Part shown: positions 56,252 to 64,000 of the stretch, piece by piece
Numbering within the stretch: the first letter of the stretch is position 1
How the letters are laid out: each line of letters starts with the position of its first letter
Source: an uncultured Gammaproteobacteria bacterium
GTDB taxonomy: Bacteria > Pseudomonadota > Gammaproteobacteria > UBA4575
Length of the DNA stretch: 64,000 bases
Assembly (NCBI GenBank): GCA_943789445.1
Contig: CALSUC010000001.1
Coordinates: 97,912-161,911, forward strand
Reading direction: 5' to 3'
Position numbers and translations under genes: made by a program
Notes under the pieces: generated by a model
Told to the model about the DNA's origin: nothing
The model's input: the letters and a program-made list of their open reading frames with translations, nothing else
Database searches by the model: none

Positions 56252-57346
56252 CTAAAGACGCATCGGCATAACAACAAACTGGGCTTGATCCGTAGTCGGT
56301 GCTTGGATCAGTAGAGAGTTGTTTGAATCCTGTAAGTAGAAGTGCACATCATTGGTATTCAGTATATTAAGCACATCCAATAGATAGCTAACATTGAAAC
56401 CAATCTCAATTTCAGGGCCGCTATATTCGATCTCAATCTCGTCCTGAGCTTCTTCTTGCTCTGGATTGTGTGCTTGAATCATTAGGGTGTTGTTAGAAAA
56501 ACTCAGTCGAATACCCCGATATTTTTCATTACTTAAGATCGATGCACGCATTAAAGAGGCCTTCGCCACCTCTCGATCTACCACTGCGATATATTGGTGG
56601 TTCTGCGGCACTACACGTTGATAATCTGGAAACTTGCCGTCAATTAGCTTGGTTACGAAGCGAATGTCGCCGATTTTGGCTAATAAGTGATTTTCAGAAA
56701 GTGCAATATCAATACTGTCGTTATGCGCGTTTAAGATACGCATTAGTTCGCCTACCGCCTTCCGCGGAACAATAACCTGTCGCTCATTTCCTTCACTGGC
56801 AAGCTCGACTGAAGATAAGGCTAAGCGATGTCCGTCTGTCGCAACAGATCGCAAGATAGAGGCTTGAGTCTCAAACAAGAGACCATTCAGATAATAACGG
56901 ACATCCTGCTGCGCCATCGCAAAGGAGGTTTGCTCCATCAATCGCAGTAAATCTTCTTTAGCGACCAATACCGAATCTTCAATCTCTAAGGCATCAACCA
57001 ATGGAAAGTCATTGGCAGGCAATGTTGCTAAAGAAAAACGACTCTTACCTGCTCTTACTTCTGCTTTTTCCCCAGTACTGGAGAATTTAATCTCATTGTT
57101 TTCGCTTAGCGATTTACATATATCTAAAAACTTCCTACCAGGAACAGTAATATCGTCCCCTTCGACAGCTATAGCCAAAGAGGCTGATAACTCTAATTCT
57201 AAATCTGTCGCAGTGATGACTAAATTCCCATCGACATTGCGTAACAGCAAATTCGATAGAATAGGCATAGTCTGACGACGTTCAACAGCTCCAATAATCA
57301 GCTGTATTGGCTTGAGTAATTCTTCTCTGGAAGTCGAAAATTTCAT
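56252..57346 (-). CDS. dnaN: DNA polymerase III beta clamp
   Basis: ATDLE, AMAQQDVRYYLNG, VATDGHRL, FPDY, VVMPMRL. Confidence 0.98.
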   Translation of the reverse strand: MKFSTSREELLKPIQLIIGAVERRQTMPILSNLLLRNVDGNLVITATDLELELSASLAIAVEGDDITVPGRKFLDICKSLSENNEIKFSSTGEKAEVRAGKSRFSLATLPANDFPLVDALEIEDSVLVAKEDLLRLMEQTSFAMAQQDVRYYLNGLLFETQASILRSVATDGHRLALSSVELASEGNERQVIVPRKAVGELMRILNAHNDSIDIALSENHLLAKIGDIRFVTKLIDGKFPDYQRVVPQNHQYIAVVDREVAKASLMRASILSNEKYRGIRLSFSNNTLMIQAHNPEQEEAQDEIEIEYSGPEIEIGFNVSYLLDVLNILNTNDVHFYLQDSNNSLLIQAPTTDQAQFVVMPMRL

Positions 57347-57551
57347 ATCTATAGTTATAGAGTATTAGTATTGTTATTATTATTAAGGCACCACAATTTT
57401 GTGGGTAACTCAATAATACCTTTTAAAATCAATGATTTAATAGTTATTCCCCTGTGTGTATCAGGGTATAATCTCAGCATAAATCAAGATTAGTCGGTGT
57501 AACTAAAAGCGAATATAAAGCTTACCCACTTCATCCCCAGTTTATCCACAG
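57347..57551. other. Putative replication origin oriC (dnaA-dnaN intergenic)
   Basis: DnaA boxes ttatccaca 57542, tcatcccca 57531, ttacccact 57522 and tgtgggtaa 57400; IHF consensus aatcaatgattta 57427-57439; AT-rich trinucleotide tract 57363-57385. Confidence 0.8.
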
Positions 57552-58895
57552 CTAGCTGCTAAGTATACGTAATAGATTAACGTAATCGTCGTTTATTTTC
57601 GCATCTCCATCACGTAGCTCAATAGTCTTTTTGCAGGCATGAAGAACGGTCGTGTGATCACGTCCACCAAAGGCATCTCCAATCTCTGGCAAGCTATGAC
57701 TGGTTAATTCTTTTGATAATGCCATGGCCAGTTGTCGGGGGCGTGTGATCGAACGACTGCGTCTGGCCGATAATAAGTCTGCGATACGGATTTTGTAGTA
57801 TTCCGCTACCGTCTTTTGAATATTTTCTATCGTAACCAGTTTTTCTTGCAGACTAATCAGGTCATGTAATGCCTCGCGTGCAAACTCTATTGAGATCGCC
57901 TTCCCGGTAAATTGTGAGTTGGCGATTAGTCGACGTAAAGCGCCTTCTAGCTCACGGATGTTTGAACGAATCTTTTTTGCGACGAAGAATGCGACATCAC
58001 TGGGTAACTCTATGCCGGCGGCCTCTGCCTTACTTTGCATAATGGCTACACGGGTCTCTAATTCAGGCGGCTCAATGGCTTGGGTTAAACCCCAACCAAA
58101 ACGAGACTTCAGCCGTTCTTCTAGCCCTTCAACCTCTTTAGGATAACGGTCACAGGTAATAATGATCTGTCGCTGATCTTCCAGTAAGGCGTTGAAGGTA
58201 TGGAAAAACTCTTCTTGCGAACGCTCTTTGCCGGCAAAAAACTGAATATCATCGATTAGTAAGGCATCAACAGAGCGGTAGTGACGCTTAAAATTGTCGA
58301 TTGCGTTGTGTTGTAGTGCCTTAACCATATCCTGCACAAAGCGCTCTGAATGGAGGTAAACCACGTGTGCAGTAGGTTTATGCTTAAGAATTTGATTGCC
58401 AACCGCGTGCATTAGATGCGTTTTTCCAAGGCCGACACCGCCATAGATGAGCAAAGGGTTGTATGCGGTACCAGAATTATCTGCCACCTGCATCGCAGCA
58501 GCCTTAGCCAGCTGATTGGATTTACCCTCAACAAAGCTGTCAAACGTCGACGTTGAATTCAGGTTGCTGGAAAAAACCTGACTGGTGGTCGTGCTAACGC
58601 TGATAGCTGGTGTTGCGGTGACAGTGACCGATGGCGCGTTACTAGCCACAGAGGTGCCGATGTTAATCAGCAGTTGTTTACTACCGATGGCGGTTGAATG
58701 CAGCTCTAAAACCTCTTGGATCCGCGGGAAATAATGGTCTTTGACCCGATCCAATACAAAACGATTGGGCGCAAATAGCTCTATTTGCTGCTCATCCTCC
58801 ACTACTTGAAGTGGTCGAATCCAGGTGTTTAATAGCTGCTCAGTAAGGTCTAGTTCTAAGGCCTGTAGGCATTTTGGCCAAACGATGTTCGTCAT
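57552..58895 (-). CDS. dnaA: Chromosomal replication initiator DnaA
   Basis: [43 protein letters not shown]. Confidence 0.99.
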   Translation of the reverse strand: MTNIVWPKCLQALELDLTEQLLNTWIRPLQVVEDEQQIELFAPNRFVLDRVKDHYFPRIQEVLELHSTAIGSKQLLINIGTSVASNAPSVTVTATPAISVSTTTSQVFSSNLNSTSTFDSFVEGKSNQLAKAAAMQVADNSGTAYNPLLIYGGVGLGKTHLMHAVGNQILKHKPTAHVVYLHSERFVQDMVKALQHNAIDNFKRHYRSVDALLIDDIQFFAGKERSQEEFFHTFNALLEDQRQIIITCDRYPKEVEGLEERLKSRFGWGLTQAIEPPELETRVAIMQSKAEAAGIELPSDVAFFVAKKIRSNIRELEGALRRLIANSQFTGKAISIEFAREALHDLISLQEKLVTIENIQKTVAEYYKIRIADLLSARRSRSITRPRQLAMALSKELTSHSLPEIGDAFGGRDHTTVLHACKKTIELRDGDAKINDDYVNLLRILSS

Positions 58896-58972
58896 AGGTT
58901 AGGGCGTCGTGTTCACAGTGCGTAGTGTTCGTTCTATTCGGTAATATTACAACATTTTTCACGCATTAAAGA

Positions 58973-59001
58973 TTGACAAAATCGGGTAGTAGAATTAAGG
59001 T
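58973..59001 (+). promoter_or_regulatory. Candidate sigma-70 promoter of the rpmH operon
   Basis: TTGACA-17 bp-TAAGGT followed by a GC-rich discriminator (tgcggccc). Confidence 0.65.
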
Positions 59002-59048
59002 TTGCGGCCCTTTTGCGGGCTAATGATTAAGTTACCGGAAATATTCAG

Positions 59049-59183
59049 ATGAAACAGACCTTTAATCCAAGTAATTTGCGTCGCGCACGTACCCATGGTT
59101 TTCGTGCACGCATGAAGACTCGTGGTGGTCGCGCAGTGATTCGCGCACGTCGTGCCAAGGGTAGAGCTCGTCTCTGTCCATAG
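59049..59183 (+). CDS. rpmH: 50S ribosomal protein L34 (not in ORF track)
   Basis: Manual translation: [44 protein letters not shown]. Confidence 0.97.
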   Translation: MKQTFNPSNLRRARTHGFRARMKTRGGRAVIRARRAKGRARLCP

Positions 59184-59186
59184 CCA

Positions 59187-59564
59187 TTGCTAGACAAAAA
59201 TCGTTCTTTAGGCTTTTCCCGCCGTCTTCGTCTTAACGAATCGAGCGATTATCAGCGAGTATTCGCTGATCCTATTAAGCGTGCAGACTCCCTCTACACG
59301 CTTTTAGCAACACCCAATAAGCTTGGCCATCCGCGACTTGGCGTTATCGTCAGTAAGAAGAATGTCGCTAAAGCCAGCCAACGTAATCGCATTAAACGTC
59401 AGGTTCGTGAAAGTTTTCGCTTACACCAACATGATTTGCCAGCCATTGATATTGCCGTAATATGCAAACGCAGTTGTGGTGCTACACTCAATCCGCAGCT
59501 CAGTATTAGCTTGAAAAAGCTTTGGGATAAACTTAGCCAGCATGCTAGAAAAAGTAGCGATTAA
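59187..59564 (+). CDS. rnpA: Ribonuclease P protein component
   Basis: [10 protein letters not shown]...[13 protein letters not shown]. Confidence 0.95.
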   Translation: MLDKNRSLGFSRRLRLNESSDYQRVFADPIKRADSLYTLLATPNKLGHPRLGVIVSKKNVAKASQRNRIKRQVRESFRLHQHDLPAIDIAVICKRSCGATLNPQLSISLKKLWDKLSQHARKSSD

Positions 59565-59775
59565 GATTATTCGTGGATATCAATTAGCAATTAGTCCCTT
59601 ATTAGGGCCTAGTTGTCGTTTTTCCCCTACCTGTTCTGAATATGCTATTGACGCAATGCGGCAACATGGTTTCATAAAGGGTATAGTCCTGACCGTAATA
59701 AGACTCTCAAAATGCCATCCATTTCACGCGGGTGGTTTTGACCCAGTTCCAGACAATAAGACAAAGCAGAAATAA
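59542..59775 (+). CDS. yidD: Membrane protein insertion efficiency factor YidD
   Basis: [28 protein letters not shown]. Confidence 0.95.
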   Translation: MLEKVAIKIIRGYQLAISPLLGPSCRFSPTCSEYAIDAMRQHGFIKGIVLTVIRLSKCHPFHAGGFDPVPDNKTKQK

Positions 59776-61460
59776 TGGAAAATCAACGCTTCTTACTCTA
59801 TACCGCTCTCGCCTTAGTGCTCTATTTAATATGGACCAGTTGGCAGCAAGAGAATGAGATAACGCAATCCTCCGGTATTACTGAAACAGCACAAGTAAAT
59901 AATTCAGCGGGCGGACAGTCTGAGCTCTATCAAAACTTTGGGGTTCCAGCACCTATAGAGCAGGGTCAAGCCGAGGCCTATGTGCCGGCCAAGTCGATAG
60001 CAAAATCAGTCGCTGCCACGCCACGCGTGATGGTGCAGACAGACGTCTATCAGATGGAAATCGACCTGCGCGGTGCTGATATTCATCACCTAGAATTATT
60101 GGATTATCCGATGAGCCTGGATGAAGGCAGTCAGTCCATGGTCTTATTAGATGACCGCAAGAAGACCTACATCCCACAATCATTCTTCGTTCATGCAAAG
60201 CGCGCAAATGGTGATGTTTCAAGATTAGCACCGAGCCCGATGGCCGTGTTTCAAGCGACCAAGCTGAAGTATGAAATGGCCGATGGCGTTGATGAAATGG
60301 TCATTCCATTTACTTGGCGCAGTGAAAACAATGTTGTCGTCACAAAGAATTATCGTTTTACCCGCGGCAGTTATCTGATCAATGTGGATTACACGATTAA
60401 GAACCAAGGTAATAGCGTGTGGTCAGCGGTACAGTATCGCCAAATTCGTCATAGCTATGCGAATCAAGATATGGGCTTTTTCAAGCTACCAACCTACACC
60501 GGTGCTGCCTATTTTGATGAAAAATATCAAAAGCTATCTTTCGATGACATGCAGGAAGAGACCTTAGGCAAGACCGTTAATGGTGGTTGGATTGCGATGT
60601 TGCAACACTACTTCTTTAGCGCCTGGTTGGCAGAAGATTTAGAGAGCAATGTGGTTTACTCACAGATCGCGAAAAAAGAAGTGGGTACCGATTTTATTAT
60701 TGGCGCACGCTCTGAGTTCATCCAGGTCGCCCCTGGCCAAGCCCGCGAAATAAAAAATCGACTCTATGTTGGCCCTAAGCTACAAAAAGTAATTGAAGAT
60801 ATTCATCCTGGGCTAGAACTAACTACCGACTACGGTATGTTCACGCCAATCTCTAAGCCTTTATTCTGGCTTCTAGACTTCATTAATAACCTGGTTCATA
60901 ACTGGGGGCTTTCGATTATCCTGGTTACGCTTCTAATCAAGATTTTATTCTATCGTTTATCGGCGACTAGTTATAAGTCGATGGCGAAGATGCGCAAAGT
61001 ACAGCCTCGCTTCCAAGCATTACGCGAGCGTTATGCCGACGATAAGCAGAAGATGAATCAAGCGGTAATGGAGCTGTATAAGAACGAGAAGATCAACCCA
61101 CTCGGTGGTTGTTTGCCGATCTTGATTCAAATGCCAGTCTTCCTATCATTGTATTGGGTGTTGATTGAGAGTGTTGAATTGCGCCAAGCACCATTTATGT
61201 TTTGGATCCAAGATCTATCGATTAAAGATCCGACTTACATCCTGCCGTTGTTGATGGGTGTGTCGATGTTTATCCAATTCAAGCTGAACCCTAAGCCACC
61301 TGATCCGATGCAGGAAAAGATCTTTATGATCATGCCGGTATTTATGACCGTCTTTATGGCGACATTCCCGGCCGGCTTAGTGCTCTACTGGTTTGTTAAC
61401 AACCTGCTCTCAATTTTACAGCAGTGGATGATTACACGTCAGTATGAGAAAGCATCATAA
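59775..61460 (+). CDS. yidC: Membrane protein insertase YidC
   Basis: GWIAMLQHYF, DYG, NWGLSII, NPLGGCLP, GLVLYW. Confidence 0.97.
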   Translation: MENQRFLLYTALALVLYLIWTSWQQENEITQSSGITETAQVNNSAGGQSELYQNFGVPAPIEQGQAEAYVPAKSIAKSVAATPRVMVQTDVYQMEIDLRGADIHHLELLDYPMSLDEGSQSMVLLDDRKKTYIPQSFFVHAKRANGDVSRLAPSPMAVFQATKLKYEMADGVDEMVIPFTWRSENNVVVTKNYRFTRGSYLINVDYTIKNQGNSVWSAVQYRQIRHSYANQDMGFFKLPTYTGAAYFDEKYQKLSFDDMQEETLGKTVNGGWIAMLQHYFFSAWLAEDLESNVVYSQIAKKEVGTDFIIGARSEFIQVAPGQAREIKNRLYVGPKLQKVIEDIHPGLELTTDYGMFTPISKPLFWLLDFINNLVHNWGLSIILVTLLIKILFYRLSATSYKSMAKMRKVQPRFQALRERYADDKQKMNQAVMELYKNEKINPLGGCLPILIQMPVFLSLYWVLIESVELRQAPFMFWIQDLSIKDPTYILPLLMGVSMFIQFKLNPKPPDPMQEKIFMIMPVFMTVFMATFPAGLVLYWFVNNLLSILQQWMITRQYEKAS

Positions 61461-61487
61461 GCAACCGTTAAGCTTACGGACACAACC

Positions 61488-62828
61488 GTGTTAAGTAGTG
61501 AAACTATAGCCGCCGTTGCCACAGCCAGTGGTAGCGGAGGTGTTGCTGTTGTCCGACTCTCAGGGCCGGATGCAGCGACCATTGCGGCACAGATCTGTGC
61601 TCGTGAACAACTGACCCCACGTTATGCGCACTATGTGCAGTTCTACAAGATTGATCCCCAGACTGAAGTAACGACTGGCCTTGTTATTGATATGGGCTTG
61701 GCTTTGTACTTTAAGGCACCGAGTTCTTTTACTGGCGAAGATGTGGTCGAATTACATGCCCATGGTAATGCCATCGTCTGTGAACAAATCATTGCGAGTG
61801 CCTGTGTCTTGGGTGCGCGTCGTGCGCGTGCTGGTGAGTTCAGTGAACGTGCATTTCTCAATGGCAAATTACAACTCAACCAACTCGAAGCGATTGCCGA
61901 TCTGATCAGTAGTAATTCAGAACAGGCCGCGCGCTCGGCAGTGTTGTCGATGCAAGGGGTGTTTTCTGATGAAGTAAATGCCTTGCTACAAAAATTGATT
62001 TATGTGCGTACTTTATTAGAGGCCGCCTTGGATTTCTCTGATGAAGATATTGAATTTGCCGATCACGATCGGATTGAAAAAGAACTACGCTACACCTTAG
62101 ACAGACTCGCTGAAATTTATAAAGTAGCAGCCGAAGGCGCACGCATGCAGCGCGGTGTCACCGTGGTATTAAGTGGTGCACCCAACGTCGGTAAGTCTTC
62201 CCTACTCAACGCACTCTGTGCCAAACAACGTGCCATCGTGACACCGATTGCAGGCACTACGCGTGATTTGATTTCGGTAGACCTCAACATCAATGGTGTG
62301 TCGGTGACCTTGGTCGACACCGCCGGCATTCGCAGCGACGCCGGTGAGATTGAACGTGAAGGCATTGCCAGGGCCGAGACTGCACGCGCGCAGGCCGATC
62401 TGATTTTGCAGGTGCTTGAGAGCAACCCGACAGACGCAGACCATTTGTCAGAGTCAGGCAGCATTATCGTTGTGAACAAGGCTGACTTATTAGATGAACA
62501 GACCCCGCAGTTAGCAGGAGTGGTCTATGTTTCAGCGACCGAACGTACCGGCCTAGATCAGCTACGTGCAGAGATCGCCAAGCGTTTAGACATCAGCAGT
62601 GACGAACAGCAAACCCCCTTTGCCGCCCGACAACGACACTTGGATGCACTACAACAGGCGCAGACTGCAATCGAGCGGGCGATGGTGCAACTGGCCCAAG
62701 CCGAGCTACCCGAACTTATCGCCGAGGAGCTACGCTTGGCACAACAGAGTTTGGGTGAGATCACCGGTGAATTTACCCCCGATGATCTACTCGACTACAT
62801 TTTCCGTGAATTTTGTATCGGTAAGTAA
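61488..62828 (+). CDS. mnmE: tRNA modification GTPase MnmE
   Basis: SFTGEDVVE, GAPNVGKSS, AGTTRD, DTAG, FCIGK. Confidence 0.97.
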   Translation: MLSSETIAAVATASGSGGVAVVRLSGPDAATIAAQICAREQLTPRYAHYVQFYKIDPQTEVTTGLVIDMGLALYFKAPSSFTGEDVVELHAHGNAIVCEQIIASACVLGARRARAGEFSERAFLNGKLQLNQLEAIADLISSNSEQAARSAVLSMQGVFSDEVNALLQKLIYVRTLLEAALDFSDEDIEFADHDRIEKELRYTLDRLAEIYKVAAEGARMQRGVTVVLSGAPNVGKSSLLNALCAKQRAIVTPIAGTTRDLISVDLNINGVSVTLVDTAGIRSDAGEIEREGIARAETARAQADLILQVLESNPTDADHLSESGSIIVVNKADLLDEQTPQLAGVVYVSATERTGLDQLRAEIAKRLDISSDEQQTPFAARQRHLDALQQAQTAIERAMVQLAQAELPELIAEELRLAQQSLGEITGEFTPDDLLDYIFREFCIGK

Positions 62829-62910
62829 GACCGGCAAAATCAATTTTTAGGTTTCCCCTGCGTCATGGGATATATTGCAAGCCATCTAGAGCAGGATTAG
62901 AGTGCGCGCC

Positions 62911-64000
62911 ATGCAACAGCAATTTGACGTCATAGTGGTCGGTGGTGGCCATGCTGGAACCGAAGCAGCCTTAGCGGCGGCGCGTACCGGTGCGCGCACC
63001 CTATTACTGACACAAAATATTGAGACCATCGGCCAGATGAGCTGTAACCCAGCGATTGGCGGTATTGGTAAAAGTCATTTAGTACGTGAGATCGATGCCA
63101 TGGGTGGTGCGATGGCCTTGGCCGCCGATGAGGCCGGCATCCAGTTTCGCGTGCTTAATCGCCGCAAAGGCCCCGCGGTACGCGCAACACGCGCACAAAC
63201 CGATCGTAGTCTGTATCGACAGGCGATTCGTCGGATAGTTGAAAACCAAGAGAACTTGAGTCTGTTCCAACAAGAAGTGGAAGACCTGATTGTCGAGCAG
63301 GGCCGTGTCTGTGGTGTGCGCACCCGGATGGATCTGAGTTTTAGGGCCTCGGCCGTGATCCTCACGGTGGGTACCTTCTTGGCCGGCCGTATTCATGTCG
63401 GCGCCGAAAACTATTCTGCCGGTCGCGCCGGTGATGCACCGTCTAATCCTCTAGCCGCACGCCTGCGTGAATTACCGTTCGAGGTGGATCGTCTAAAAAC
63501 AGGTACGCCACCGCGTATCGATGGTAAGACAATCGATTATCAGCGTTTACAAGCGCAGCCCGGCGATCAGCCCCTACCTGTGTTCTCTTTCATGGGTAGC
63601 GTCAGCGATCATCCGCAGCAGGTAAATTGTCATATCACCTACACTAATAATGAGACGCATGATTTTATTCGCGCCTCTCTACACCAGTCGCCAATGTATT
63701 CGGGTGCTATTAAAGGTATCGGGCCACGCTACTGTCCTTCGATTGAAGATAAGGTCATACGCTTTGCCGACCGGGAGCGTCACCAGGTCTTTTTAGAGCC
63801 AGAAGGTTTAGGCAGTCACGAGGTGTATCCAAATGGCATCTCCACCAGCCTGCCCTATGCTGCCCAGTTACAGATGGTGCATTCGATTGAAGGCTTGGAA
63901 AACTGTCATATCACGCGACCGGGCTATGCCATCGAGTACGATTACTTTGCGCCTACCGGCTTGTATGCCAGCTTGGAAACCAAGTCGTTGGCCGGTCTTT
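62911..64000 (+). CDS. mnmG: tRNA uridine-5-carboxymethylaminomethyl synthesis enzyme MnmG (3'-truncated, not in ORF track)
   Basis: Manual translation from ATG 62911: [20 protein letters not shown]...[14 protein letters not shown]...RLKTGTPPR...[11 protein letters not shown]. Confidence 0.96.
   Translation, partial: MQQQFDVIVVGGGHAGTEAALAAARTGARTLLLTQNIETIGQMSCNPAIGGIGKSHLVREIDAMGGAMALAADEAGIQFRVLNRRKGPAVRATRAQTDRSLYRQAIRRIVENQENLSLFQQEVEDLIVEQGRVCGVRTRMDLSFRASAVILTVGTFLAGRIHVGAENYSAGRAGDAPSNPLAARLRELPFEVDRLKTGTPPRIDGKTIDYQRLQAQPGDQPLPVFSFMGSVSDHPQQVNCHITYTNNETHDFIRASLHQSPMYSGAIKGIGPRYCPSIEDKVIRFADRERHQVFLEPEGLGSHEVYPNGISTSLPYAAQLQMVHSIEGLENCHITRPGYAIEYDYFAPTGLYASLETKSLAGL

Overview
Origin-proximal chromosomal region of a Gammaproteobacterium. 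It is almost all housekeeping genes: dnaG(3')-rpoD-tRNA(CAT), ahpC, metY, a major porin, gpmI, tatCBA, hisEFAHB, dtd, pip, trkHA, ntrXY, fmt/def, dprA-smg-topA-tsaC-hemF-hemB-aroE, ubiA/comF/bioBF, radC/coaBC/dut/algC/argB, pyrE, two ExoIII paralogs, ampG, gyrB-recF-dnaN-dnaA and rpmH-rnpA-yidD-yidC-mnmE-mnmG(5'). A candidate oriC lies between dnaA and dnaN, and two parS sites lie inside recF. The only clearly accessory DNA is a ~5.4 kb island in the tRNA(CAT) gene, bounded by an exact 72-bp direct repeat (2439-2510 / 7807-7878). It carries a tyrosine integrase, an autotransporter remnant, a mosaic inverse-autotransporter-like adhesin with a C-type-lectin-like tip, and a dirigent/AOC-like protein. 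Other points: (i) three single-base frameshifts (two in the integrase, one in topA) each look like two synonymous alleles written side by side; (ii) the topA frameshift swaps a Lys-rich tail for a Glu-rich one; (iii) three TGTTGT-N6-ACAACA palindromes sit over the porin promoter; (iv) there is a degenerate ~268-bp tandem duplication. No CRISPR array, rRNA, IS transposase or reverse transcriptase was seen. All calls come from reading motifs and synteny by eye; no searches were run.
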